Positions 20,314 through 30,422 are shown, numbered from the stretch's first letter. The stretch is 64,000 nt of DNA from an uncultured Nitrososphaerota archaeon (GCA_964416155.1 CAYQCW010000007.1:32001-96000), one strand, 5' to 3'. The notes: a model not told the origin generated them from the letters alone. Translations and numbers: made by a program.

Positions 20314-20739
20314 GTGCAAACCCTGATTTGGTTAGGAGGCTCGGTGAAAAACAGCCGGGCGCAATCTATGACGAGGCTAGGATTCCACGGGTTCTCTGCC
20401 AGACCCGCTTGTTTCCTCAGACGGGTTGAGGAAGATGACGAGGTTGATGAGAAACGCGTTGTCATCGTTGGCCATTCGAGGCTTGGAAAGACAGCCCTGT
20501 GGAGGAGGAGAATTCGTGGAGAATTCTTGGCAACGAAGGCCGCGGACCCGGTTTACAGGCTGCTGGGTACGGATGGGCTGCCGGTGGAGGAGATGCCTCC
20601 TTTAAACCATCATGTAATGGGGACAATGGGTCATCATGTTCGCTCGGGTGGACACGCTTTAACCCTATACGATTGGGAGAGGTACATGGATTTCGCGGAT
20701 AAAGCGAAAAACGGAACCCCTTCCTGTTTACATCGCTAA
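20314..20739 (+). pseudogene. CE15 glucuronoyl-esterase relic with an internal deletion
   Basis: GHSRLGKTALW nucleophile motif joined almost directly to the C-terminal AADPVYRLLG...RSGGHALTLYDW; the middle is missing. Confidence 0.75.
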
Positions 20740-20951
20740 CACGAACGCGCTAACGCGTTATCCGTAGACATAGTCCAACAAGCTCTCGAGATGGGAAAAT
20801 GCAGGATAGTGGAAATGCCGGTCAAATTAGTTTCCATTACTACTAAAATTCTAGTCGTGAAAAACATACCTCTACGAATTACTTATCTTTTATTTAACCT
20901 AGTGCACGTAAACCGGAAACCCTGAGCCCTAGTCGGCAATTCCCTGCAAGT

Positions 20952-20965
20952 AAAAAGTTATTAAA
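20952..20965 (+). promoter_or_regulatory. BRE-TATA of tRNA-Gln
   Basis: AAAAAG TTATTAAA; predicted start near 20989. Flanked by direct repeat TCCCTGCAAG (20941, 20966). Confidence 0.6.
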
Positions 20966-20997
20966 TCCCTGCAAGCAGGTTTTCAACAAGCCCGGGA

Positions 20998-21128
20998 AGC
21001 CCGGTGGAGCCAACTAGGGTGCCGATTGTAATGGCAAAGCATCGCGCTAAGACATGGGGGGCTTTGGTGCAATTTCGCGCTTGCGGAGAAACCCCTTGAT
21101 GAGAGTTCGAATCTCTCCCGGGCTACCA
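20998..21128 (+). tRNA. tRNA-Gln(TTG) with three introns: 10/11 (21008-21026), 21/22 (21038-21051), 37/38 (21068-21090)
   Basis: A1-U72 acceptor AGCCCGG/CCGGGCT with encoded ACCA; BHB helices CGGT/GCCG, TGGC/GCTA and CTTT/GGAG; the spliced product folds into a normal cloverleaf. Confidence 0.9.
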
Positions 21129-21302
21129 TTGTACCCTAGTCAGGTCTACGTTCAAACTCTCGGTTTCTCATGTTCATAATTGTATTACTTGGCGAACTCG
21201 CTGATAATTGACCATATCTGTGCACATAAGCAATTTGCTCTTTCGTACTCTCCGATAAGTTTTTAAGAGTGTCAGCCTCTGAATGCTTACATAGGAATCC
21301 GC

Positions 21303-21763
21303 ATGACTTTAAGCATGGGTTATCTCACTTCTAAGCAGAAGCTGATCTGGGATCTGAAACGTAAGGGTTTCTCTGAGGCAAGTATCGCCAGAAAGCTAGA
21401 TGTGGCACGTCAAACAATTCACAAAGCCGTAAGCGTTTGTAAATCTAAAGTCTACATAGCACTTAAAGAGGCGGCCAAGCTCAATAAAATCGATGTTGAG
21501 ACCATAGATCCGGCAAAGGGAATTTTGATAGTTACAGTCCAGAGTTCAAAACTAAGGCGCTTGTCACCTTTTCAGCCACCAATGGAATTCAGGTCTGGTA
21601 TAGGCATGAGGGAGATTGCAAAAATTGTGAACAGCTTCAAGTCTGCAGAGAAATGTTGCTGGTTGAGGCAAAAGACCGGAATATTCAACTTCCAGAAAAT
21701 GCAGATTCGATGTTGCCATCAAAACTGGCTAAAACTTTGTTCTCAAAGATCGTAGGTGAGTGA
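21303..21763 (+). pseudogene. HTH regulator with C-terminal Cys motif, frameshifted near 21530
   Basis: SEASIARKLDVARQTIHKAV HTH; the alternative frame continues YSPEFKTKALVTFS...WYRHEGDCKNC...C and stops at 21763. Confidence 0.65.
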
Positions 21764-22374
21764 AAATGGGCATTCGCAAAAAATTGTTGGATTGGTGTCG
21801 AAAACCGAGAGAACGTGTTTCAGAATCAGCTATACCGCTGTTGTTACCTAACTTTGCTATGAGTTCTCGTTTCTTTTTGTATGTAGGATTTGGATTGATT
21901 TTTCTGGCGTTGGTTTATTTACCCGTTAAGGTGTGGATTATTGTTCAGCCTGAGACCCCCGAAGTGGAGTTATGGCACTTAGGTCCAATTTATGCACTAC
22001 TAGTGGGGGTTTGGAGCCTTCCCTGCTTGCTTTTAGGAATTATAGAATCTTCCATATCTAAGAAAGTTGCTTCGTTGCGTCTTGCTCCAATTCTATGTCT
22101 TGCCAATATCTTTTTGATATTGACAATAGTGAACCAGATCAGATTCTGGCGTGGCATGGAGCTTCAGATGCTGCTTAACTACAGTCCATTTCTTGCTCCG
22201 TGTGCAATCGTTAATATGATAGGGCTTCTCTATTTCGCAAATAGTGGAAAACTTGCAAAGGCTTTGAAAAATCCAATAATAAGAGTGCTTTTAATAATTA
22301 TGTTTGCGGCAATCCCCTTCAGCATTACATGGGAAATATTATATTCTTGGCATCGCTGGGGTTTTCCTCATTAG
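21760..22374 (+). CDS. Membrane protein with N-terminal KKLLDWC motif (DUF1673-like)
   Basis: About 5 TM helices; coupled to the HTH gene. Confidence 0.6.
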   Translation: MKMGIRKKLLDWCRKPRERVSESAIPLLLPNFAMSSRFFLYVGFGLIFLALVYLPVKVWIIVQPETPEVELWHLGPIYALLVGVWSLPCLLLGIIESSISKKVASLRLAPILCLANIFLILTIVNQIRFWRGMELQMLLNYSPFLAPCAIVNMIGLLYFANSGKLAKALKNPIIRVLLIIMFAAIPFSITWEILYSWHRWGFPH

Positions 22375-22788
22375 CGGACTTATACTGGCGCGTGGAGCGT
22401 TTTCGTCAGTTTTTCTAGGTTTGTAATTGACTCCAGAAATGATTTTGGACTGCAGCAGCATGCCACACATACCTACTAGCTTTGTGAGTTTCACAAGTCT
22501 GTGTTCTAGACCTTAAAATCTTCCTTTACGCTCATTCAGAGAGCATTTTCCAGAAAGGACATAGGATTGTGTCGTAACCCCGATAATTTAAACCGATACG
22601 TGAACCTATCCCGGGCTACTAGAATGGTTTAAAGCGTTATTTTCAATGCTGCTCATTGTTAAGCCATATACGTGTGTGTCTGAAGACTCGGTTAGTGGAA
22701 ACACGTGTTAAGAAACCCCGATAAACATTGAAAACGGGCAAATACTCCCCGCGTGTGCTAAATGCTCGATTAGAATTGTAATTAGCGT

Positions 22789-24537
22789 TTATGGAATTAA
22801 TTTTCCTAAAGCAGAGTGTACGTCGCCCGCAGCCGTTTCCCTTCTCTTCCTGTTCTCCTTCAAGTATTTTCCAGCAAGGTTTTCGAAAACGCTTCTCGTA
22901 ATACGTCCTCCTCTAAACCTTTCGATAGTGTTGTTAATCATGTTTTTAGAGTCGCCGTTTATTTCCTCGAAGACCCTGTAGCGTCTCTCAACCTCCTCGC
23001 CTACCCTGCTGTTTATTCGGGAGACCTCCTCGATTGTTTTCAAAATCTTCTTCTCAGCTTTCGATGTTCTCCGCTCGTATTCTCCAACCCTCTCCCTATA
23101 CTCTTTGGAAGAAATCCTTCCAACAGCGTTTTTAACCTTAACTTCCTCCAAGAGAGTTTCGCAATCAACTTTTTCCCGGAGAGCCTCAACCAAATCGTTC
23201 ACAAGCCTCTCAACCTCTTTCCCTCTCTTGGCTTCAACAGGCTTCGCCGCCTCCTCCCTGAAGATCTCAGCCACCATCAGTACGAGCAGCGTCAATAGGC
23301 CTAGGAGCATTGAGATGCTTTTACCAGCCTCTAGCTGTGCCGAGGAGAAACTTACTTGAAACTGCTGAGCCAGCATGTCCGGCATAGCGTTGCGCATCGT
23401 GAGAGAGAACACTCCACCGTTTTCAATGCGTGCAAGGGTTGATTCCGCCTCTATCTTCCAGCTTTTCGCACCCTCCACTTTCACGCTTAAAAAGTATGTT
23501 TCAACGATATCCGTATAGTTGGGCAAGCCTGTTAGTCGAATAGTGGTTAAACCCCCGCTCGAGCTCACAAGCATGTTTTTAACAGGAACGCTGTATTCAA
23601 CTATTGCTTCATACTCCTGGCCTGGTCTCAAGGAGTATCTCGAATAAACCGTTATAACACTCGTATTAGCCGCTGTCGATGCGCTAGTGGAGGTTTGAAG
23701 CGCCCCCAGCGCATCCTTCACCCTAACTGATCGATTAATATTGATAGGCACGTTTATCTTCAGTATTTCGCTCCTGTAGGAGATCCCCACGTATTTCAGC
23801 CTCAACACGTCTTTCACATTGACCTGGAGCTGCTCCGTCACAGTTATCTCCCTAGCTAGGCTTTTTATCACACACCTGTCGAACGGTTTAGAGAAAACTA
23901 CTCTACCAGTCACATTGCCCACAGTCTCCGTCCTGAAATACTGGTTCCATAATCCTATTACAGTGTCGTTCAGGAAAATAGGGTTAAAGTACTGCAGATA
24001 GTATCCTTTAATCGCGCCCGTGGTTAGGAAGGTGAAGTTAACGTATTCAGGCATTATGCTAAAGCCTGTTAAAACCGGTAGCTTAAACCCCACGTAGTCT
24101 TCAGCAATATCGCCGCGTTGAATCAAGCCGAACCTGACTGTAGCGTTCAGCCGTTCAACCTGAAAAGGAGGAAGCTCCGCAACCAAGTAATCATAATCCT
24201 CAGCCTCCTCGAGCCTCAGAGCTATTTTCTCCCCGTTCTCAAGGAATAGTTTAGGCATGTCTGTGGAGAAAACAAGGTTTGGAGCCGCCCATTTCGGAAG
24301 CTGTATCTTAAAAGTCCAGTTGGCCTCGCCTAATGCTCTCATCGTCTTCGGCCCCATCGTCAGGTTCACGTTGAAAACGGCAATCGCCTCCTCATTCATG
24401 TTAGCCTTCACATAAACATAGAGGTCTGACAGCTCGAAGAACTGGCCTGAAGTCTTTATGCTTAGGAGAAGGCTGGAAACCAGTATTAGAACCAGTATGG
24501 GGACGAGCTTACACCCGGTTTTTCTACGCGGCTGCAT
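22789..24537 (-). CDS. Ribophorin-I (Ost1)-like membrane protein
   Basis: Signal/TM, beta-rich ectodomain with LAREITV, VKDALGAL and SRYSLRPGQEY..IVEYSVP, one TM, helical cytoplasmic C-terminus. Confidence 0.65.
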   Translation of the reverse strand: MQPRRKTGCKLVPILVLILVSSLLLSIKTSGQFFELSDLYVYVKANMNEEAIAVFNVNLTMGPKTMRALGEANWTFKIQLPKWAAPNLVFSTDMPKLFLENGEKIALRLEEAEDYDYLVAELPPFQVERLNATVRFGLIQRGDIAEDYVGFKLPVLTGFSIMPEYVNFTFLTTGAIKGYYLQYFNPIFLNDTVIGLWNQYFRTETVGNVTGRVVFSKPFDRCVIKSLAREITVTEQLQVNVKDVLRLKYVGISYRSEILKINVPININRSVRVKDALGALQTSTSASTAANTSVITVYSRYSLRPGQEYEAIVEYSVPVKNMLVSSSGGLTTIRLTGLPNYTDIVETYFLSVKVEGAKSWKIEAESTLARIENGGVFSLTMRNAMPDMLAQQFQVSFSSAQLEAGKSISMLLGLLTLLVLMVAEIFREEAAKPVEAKRGKEVERLVNDLVEALREKVDCETLLEEVKVKNAVGRISSKEYRERVGEYERRTSKAEKKILKTIEEVSRINSRVGEEVERRYRVFEEINGDSKNMINNTIERFRGGRITRSVFENLAGKYLKENRKRRETAAGDVHSALGKLIP

Positions 24538-24599
24538 CGCTAGCCGTATTTACACGCGGGTTAAAAATCTTTATTTTAAAGCCCAGCTGAGCTTAAACG

Positions 24600-25313
24600 A
24601 TGCTTCAAAACTACGTGTCGAAGAAGGCTATTATTCGCAAGACAGTCAGGTTTGAAGGGAACAATCTGGTTCTAGGTGGGAGCGAGATAGGGGAGGGAAC
24701 CTACATCGGGTTCAACACGATAATAGGGTATCCTTCTAAGAGGAGTTTTTCAAGCCTAAGAGCCATGCCGGAAGACCTCGACGTTCTCGACGAATTGTCA
24801 AGCGGCACGAAAATAGGCTCCACGTGCCTAATAAGGTCGGGAAGCGTGGTCTACGAGAATGTTGTCATTGACAGGAGCCTCGTAACCGGCCACAATATTC
24901 TGATCAGGGAGGGGAGCAGGATCGGGGAGAACTGTTTGATAGGCACAGGCTCCATGCTCGACGGAAGCGTTTCAATAGGCAACAACGTTAGAATACAGTC
25001 AGGCGTGTATCTTCCACACGGCACCGTTATTGGCGAAAACGTTTTCATAGGGCCCTACGCGTGCGTCACTAATGATCGCTACCCGGTTTCAGGCAGGCTG
25101 ACCCCTGTTGTGATAGGCAACGGCTGCGTGATAGGGGCTAACTCAACGCTCATATCCGGGGTACGCGTTGGTGATAATTCTGTGGTTGCAGCGGGCTCCG
25201 TAGTCACTAGGGATGTTCCTCCAAACACGGTTGTCCTAGGCGTACCGGCAAGAATATATATCACTAGGGAAGAATACGAGGCGAGGAGGAAGAAGCATGA
25301 GCAAGGAGTCTGA
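24600..25313 (+). CDS. Hexapeptide-repeat acyltransferase (WbpD-like)
   Basis: Left-handed beta-helix repeats, FIGP..TNDRYP, IGANST, AGSVVTRDVP..GVPAR. Confidence 0.88.
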   Translation: MLQNYVSKKAIIRKTVRFEGNNLVLGGSEIGEGTYIGFNTIIGYPSKRSFSSLRAMPEDLDVLDELSSGTKIGSTCLIRSGSVVYENVVIDRSLVTGHNILIREGSRIGENCLIGTGSMLDGSVSIGNNVRIQSGVYLPHGTVIGENVFIGPYACVTNDRYPVSGRLTPVVIGNGCVIGANSTLISGVRVGDNSVVAAGSVVTRDVPPNTVVLGVPARIYITREEYEARRKKHEQGV

Positions 25314-25590
25314 CGTGCTTTCAGAGGTTAAGAAGGCGGTTTCCAATGTTGTCGACCCCGAGATAGGGCTAACCCTTGGAGAACTAAACCTTATCAAAGA
25401 CGTTAGAAGGGAGGACGGCAACATAATCGTGGAATTCGTCGCAACAACACCCTTCTGCCCCTTGGCAGAGATCCTGGCCCTGATGGTTAAAGACGCAGCG
25501 AACACGGTGGTTAAAGACGAGAAGATCCTAGTTTACATTAGGAAACACGTTAACGAGGAAGGCATTAACGAGCGGATAAACAGGGATTAA
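25297..25590 (+). CDS. DUF59/SufT-like Fe-S assembly protein
   Basis: VVDPEIG...LNLI and TTPFCPLA motifs. Confidence 0.9.
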   Translation: MSKESDVLSEVKKAVSNVVDPEIGLTLGELNLIKDVRREDGNIIVEFVATTPFCPLAEILALMVKDAANTVVKDEKILVYIRKHVNEEGINERINRD

Positions 25591-25645
25591 TCGGGTTTAA
25601 AAGATATCCCGCTGAACCCTTTCTGTTTCTATGTTTGAACAGATT

Positions 25646-26030
25646 CTAATGTTTACTATCCTTTCCGTACTTTTTAATCAGCCTGTAAACCGCTGCCGCG
25701 TAAAACGGCAGTGTCAGCATCGTTAAAACCATTGATTCAACCGCTTGGGAAAGCAACCCAAACCGAGTAGCCCTAGAATACACTGCGCTAAAAAATAGTG
25801 CAAACGATAATGAGAGTGTGAATAGAGCTAGGAACATTACGCTTCTCCTCTTCGCCTTGAACTGTTTAATAATTACTCCGATAAGATAATGGATTAGAAG
25901 AACAGCCAGCTGCCAGAAATATTACGCCGCTTTCATTAAGATTCCAGAGGCAGGACGGCAGATAGAACAAGGAAGAAAATATGAGCCACCCTATAAGCAA
26001 GGGTGACAGCTCCTGTGGTTCCTCAAGCAT
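25646..26030 (-). pseudogene. Small membrane protein, apparently frameshifted
   Basis: Hydrophobic reading from ATG 26030 switches frame near 25920 into ORF 25646-25837. Confidence 0.4.
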
Positions 26031-26221
26031 GCTACTGGGCTTCCCCCTATACAGGTTCCTAGATCCTCTTATGATCCGTTTTTCAAACCCGGCGTAGCGA
26101 ACAGTAGAAACCTACTTCATCACCCATCCCCGCAAAGCCGAGTATGCTGATAAAAGCGCGCTGCACGACTTAACCTTTCCACTGTGTTTAACTAGTTAAA
26201 ACCACGAATATCATCGCTAAC

Positions 26222-27271
26222 TTAATAGAGCCTGTATCTTAAAATTCCCACTATGCCGCCGATCCTCCTAAGTTTCTCCGCCGACTCGTGTCTGCCGCTG
26301 ACTATTGTTACTTCACCACCATACTGTTCGACAAGTCTTATCATCTCCATCACTCTCTCCCTCAGGAAGCCCGACTGGGAGGCTAGCTTAACGTGTATTA
26401 TCAGCTGGCTTACCGCCCCTTTTTCAACAGCCTTCCATGTTTCCTCCAGACCGTAGACAGCCTTCTCCTCAACCAGGCTCTCAAAAAAGCTTTCTATAGC
26501 CTTTATCTCGTCGACAACCTTCAACTCCCTCGCCACAACCTTCATCTCATTGCTCCTCAGAAACTCGTTTACCGCCGATATTGTTCCCCCGGAAGAGTGG
26601 AAGCATCCAGCTACAGAGGCTTGAAGATCCCTATACTTGCTCTCCATGAGTTTCAAAAGGGCTTCGCGCGTGACGCTGGGGCCTACCAGAATTATCTTCG
26701 GCCCACCCTCCTTAATCCAGACGCCTCTAAGAGTCTTCAACACTTCCTGGAAAAATCTTACGGCCAAGGCCTCACGCTCCTCAGGAAAGTTTTTCCCAGG
26801 AATACTCTGCTCAACCTCGAGGCTTTCAACAATCCCGTAGTCCTTCACAACAGCCAGCGTAGCGGTTCCAAGCTCAACCGCCACGACAATATACTTCTTC
26901 GTGTTCACATCCCGGCTTAGAATCCTCCTGTGAACAGGAGAGAGCTCCTGCTTCTCAACCACAACTCTGTCCCCCACGCCTATAGTGAGAGTATGATAAT
27001 GGCCTAGAACACCCTCCATGTCATCCGGGCATTCTAAAACCCTGCCCCTGAGCTGAATGGTTTCCGACGAAACTTCGAACTCAATCTTCTCAACCATTAT
27101 TTTCAAAAGAGCCTTGCGCCTGCTCTTTTCGCCCTTATCAATCTTCAATATTCGCACGGTTTCCGCTGAAGCCAAGTCGCCCTCTTCAATAAGGTGATAC
27201 ACATTCCACAACTCCTCCCCGGAGAACGGCCTTATCTCTAAGATACCTTTATCATAATCCACTTTAATCAT
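26222..27271 (-). CDS. pelA: Pelota ribosome rescue factor
   Basis: ELWNVYHLIEEGD, GHYHTL, IPGK, AVYG, L..IGGIVGILRY. Confidence 0.93.
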   Translation of the reverse strand: MIKVDYDKGILEIRPFSGEELWNVYHLIEEGDLASAETVRILKIDKGEKSRRKALLKIMVEKIEFEVSSETIQLRGRVLECPDDMEGVLGHYHTLTIGVGDRVVVEKQELSPVHRRILSRDVNTKKYIVVAVELGTATLAVVKDYGIVESLEVEQSIPGKNFPEEREALAVRFFQEVLKTLRGVWIKEGGPKIILVGPSVTREALLKLMESKYRDLQASVAGCFHSSGGTISAVNEFLRSNEMKVVARELKVVDEIKAIESFFESLVEEKAVYGLEETWKAVEKGAVSQLIIHVKLASQSGFLRERVMEMIRLVEQYGGEVTIVSGRHESAEKLRRIGGIVGILRYRLY

Positions 27272-27577
27272 CTAAAACCCTTCTCCCCCGTCTTAACAGT
27301 AAAGCCATCCGCCAATCCAGCTGCTAAGCATGAGGCGAAAATATAAGTATTATTAACAAAACGCATGATTGCTACCATAAGAATTATAACTCTTTGTGAA
27401 GATTACGGCTGTATAAACAGAATTTATTGTAACTGAATATCAGTCAGCCTTGTAACGAGAACGTTTATAATGCTCAATAGGAAGACTCTTTTTTAGAAAA
27501 TGTGTCGAAGGGGCTTATCAATGGTTTATTTATGCAAAAATAATGTTTTTATACTTTTAGACCATTTCAAATAAAGA

Positions 27578-30295
27578 ATGGTGAGGAGAAGAATATTGAT
27601 AATGCTCTTCGTCTTCACACTGATTACACAACCATTTTACCAATTATATGAAACGGCCTCTCAAGCATCTCCGGAAGCTTTTGAAGGCACCGGTCCAGTT
27701 TTACAGTCTAGAATTATTACACAGAGTTCCATAGCTACCTTCATTAAGAAAAAGGTTATACTTCCCAGTTATCAGTATGCTTCAGATAAAATAGAGTATC
27801 CTATTCCTGAGAATTCAGTTACCTTTGGAACATTCGGCCCCGCAACATGGAGCAACCTTTACTGGACGACGAGAGATTATCAAAGCCCTATTAAAGATGG
27901 TTTCACTCTTTTCTCGAACGAGGTCTTCCAGATACGTTACACTCCCTTCGTCGAAGGCGACTACTTCAGGATTAACAGCACCTATCCATGGATTCTCCAG
28001 AACTTCACTGTTCCATCCTCCTATGATAATTTTGAAGTTAAATATGTTTGGCTGGTTGTAAGGGTTTACTCTGGAAGCGTGAGGCTTCACGCAGAAATAT
28101 GGAACTATGGAATGATTAGTTTCGGGACCTCCACGGAGTCGGTGACTGTAACAGGTCCCTACGATTGGTGGATCGCCATGAAGATGATTAACCCAAGAGC
28201 CTTATATGCAGGCAATGTCTACAGGCTTGAAGTAGTTTGGGAAACAGGTTCCGGAGCTGATTTGAAACTACTAAGTAGTCCTAAGGATGTTGACGATAAC
28301 GCGCAGGGCAATGCCAGATTTTTCAACACGACTTCCGGCAATGTGGAGAACATAGTTGGGAAGATGCTTGAAGGAGCCCTTACTCATCCAGTCAGCAGCA
28401 CCTACTCGACCAGTTTCAGCTCATGGGCTAGAGCCCTCTCTCTGCAAAGCTATCGGATCTATCTTCACGGCCGCAACATACCTAGGAGCAGCATAATGAT
28501 GAAGGTCAGATCAGCGGCCTTTGGCACTGGAGAGACCCCTGAGATACGTTTAACATACCCGTTGGATGAGCTGGCGTTTTGGACAGTGGTTCAGGGCTCG
28601 ACAAGCTTCTCAGGAGGAACTGTTGAAGTATCTTCCAACTTAATGTCGGTAGAGCAGAGCAGAACCTCATATGATGGAAATCATCCGCCGCCCTTCTACA
28701 GACCTTTCGCCTCCCTATCAATATTCACGGATAATGCTGGTAAGCCTTGGGGAGAATGGGAGATAAGCGGAGGAACATGGGAAGCATATGTTGGAGACGC
28801 TTATAGTAGCCTCTATGCTCTGCCGACTTACAGAGTTGAACAGAAGGAGTTTGGTTTAAAAGCCACCTACCCGCTCTTCTTCTATTCTCCGGCTTCACCC
28901 TCCTACGGCTTCCTGAACTTTACAGCGAGGTTCAATTATACTATTGAGGTCTCCTCCCCAGGGCCAGAATTCTACTCCAGCTACTCCGTTTCACCCCGAA
29001 GCAACGCGTCCTGGAATATTTCTAATATGCTCCTCTCTTTCTCAGCCTCACCCCACTCTTCCGTAACCATCAAAATAGGGCCGGTTCCGAGAGACTGGGT
29101 TGTTCAAAGAGCATTCGTCACCCCGGGTGCAGGCGGTGGAACACCTTCCGTATCTATTGTGAACGATGACATAACGATAAATGGAATAGTAATGGGGGCA
29201 TCTAACACGTATTTCGGTAGGGCGGAAATCCGTGTGAAAGCAGACAACTATTTGGAGACTCAATCAGCCTACGTAAGGTTCAGGTGGATGAATACCTACT
29301 CCTCAGTCTTCCTGTTGAACGACACCATAAGGATAGAGGCGAGAGCAGCCTCAGCCAACCCGAGTTTCCCCCCGGGAGTGATCTTGATCAAGGCGGTTGG
29401 ACCAGCGGGAGTTTTATTCAACCAGTCTTTAAACCAGCTTGATCAAAACGGAGTGGTCACCGGAAGCCTCCGTCTAAGCCAGGCAGGACAATACTTGGTT
29501 AGCGTGACATATGTTTCGTCAGACGGTCTTAGAGTAGGAGCAGCAGAAGCCTCTTTCAATACTTTAAGAATCTCCGTGTTCATCGATAAGGATATCGTCC
29601 TATTAAGCTCCCCCACTCTCACTGTTGAACTAAACTCTTCAGACGTTTCGCCGATAAGCTCAGCTAGGTTTGTCTTAACATCTCCCAACGGCTCAACCAG
29701 GATACTTATGTTCGACCAAGCGGGTGGCAGATTCATCAGAGAACTATCTTTCTCGCAGACAGACCCTTCTGCCATAGGCAACTGGAGTATTTTCCCCTTA
29801 GTATCCTTTGAAAACGGGGTTGGTAGAGAATTACTCGCGGTCAGCTTCTTATTAGTGGACGATATCCCGCCAACCATATCTAACATAACACGCCTACCAG
29901 TGGAAGTGACGTTCATAGAGGAGGTTAACATCACGTGCACAGTTGCCGACAAGGGTACAGGAGTCAGGACAGTCCTAGTCTCCTACAGCTTTGGAGGCGT
30001 GACTGGTAACGTGACTGCTAAACAAGTAGGACCCAGCAAGTATTCCGCCGTAATCCCGAGGCATCCTCCCCTCACCATGGTTTCATACAGGGTCTACGCA
30101 ATCGACAACAGTGGGAATATAAGCATCTCTGAGAACCTTGCCTACAGCGTTGGGATACCCCTATGGCTTCTAATTCTAGTGGTGCTGGCTTTATCCTCAG
30201 CCGTACTAATAACATGGCTGTACTTGAAAAAACGCACGCCGCCTCCATCACCGCCGCCCCCTCCTCCTACCCCTGAGATAAGTAGCCCCATATAG
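27578..30295 (+). CDS. Large secreted cell-surface protein with C-terminal TM anchor and poly-Pro tail
   Basis: Signal peptide, S/T-rich beta domains, Ig-like DDIPPTI...YRVYAIDNSGN, TM helix, KKRTPPPSPPPPPPTP. Confidence 0.8.
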   Translation: MVRRRILIMLFVFTLITQPFYQLYETASQASPEAFEGTGPVLQSRIITQSSIATFIKKKVILPSYQYASDKIEYPIPENSVTFGTFGPATWSNLYWTTRDYQSPIKDGFTLFSNEVFQIRYTPFVEGDYFRINSTYPWILQNFTVPSSYDNFEVKYVWLVVRVYSGSVRLHAEIWNYGMISFGTSTESVTVTGPYDWWIAMKMINPRALYAGNVYRLEVVWETGSGADLKLLSSPKDVDDNAQGNARFFNTTSGNVENIVGKMLEGALTHPVSSTYSTSFSSWARALSLQSYRIYLHGRNIPRSSIMMKVRSAAFGTGETPEIRLTYPLDELAFWTVVQGSTSFSGGTVEVSSNLMSVEQSRTSYDGNHPPPFYRPFASLSIFTDNAGKPWGEWEISGGTWEAYVGDAYSSLYALPTYRVEQKEFGLKATYPLFFYSPASPSYGFLNFTARFNYTIEVSSPGPEFYSSYSVSPRSNASWNISNMLLSFSASPHSSVTIKIGPVPRDWVVQRAFVTPGAGGGTPSVSIVNDDITINGIVMGASNTYFGRAEIRVKADNYLETQSAYVRFRWMNTYSSVFLLNDTIRIEARAASANPSFPPGVILIKAVGPAGVLFNQSLNQLDQNGVVTGSLRLSQAGQYLVSVTYVSSDGLRVGAAEASFNTLRISVFIDKDIVLLSSPTLTVELNSSDVSPISSARFVLTSPNGSTRILMFDQAGGRFIRELSFSQTDPSAIGNWSIFPLVSFENGVGRELLAVSFLLVDDIPPTISNITRLPVEVTFIEEVNITCTVADKGTGVRTVLVSYSFGGVTGNVTAKQVGPSKYSAVIPRHPPLTMVSYRVYAIDNSGNISISENLAYSVGIPLWLLILVVLALSSAVLITWLYLKKRTPPPSPPPPPPTPEISSPI

Positions 30296-30422
30296 AAAAT
30301 AATAAGCTTCTCAGATAAGATGTATTCTTTCTTATTTCGACTCTTGGTAAAATGGATACTTATTCATTCGACTTAAAGATCGAGAAGAGTAACTGCCACG
30401 CATGTCAGAATTTGAACATAAG

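Larger units (their letters stand above)
21129..22621. mobile_element. Decayed islet integrated at the tRNA-Gln 3' end
   Basis: 22602-22621 GAACCTATCCCGGGCTACTA matches tRNA 3' end 21109-21128 GAATCTCTCCCGGGCTACCA at 17/20; interior is AT-richer. Confidence 0.6.

Noticed and set aside
21303-21763. Programmed frameshifting in island genes
   Set aside because: No clear slippery site with a downstream structure; neighbouring relics have multiple lesions, so decay is the simpler explanation.
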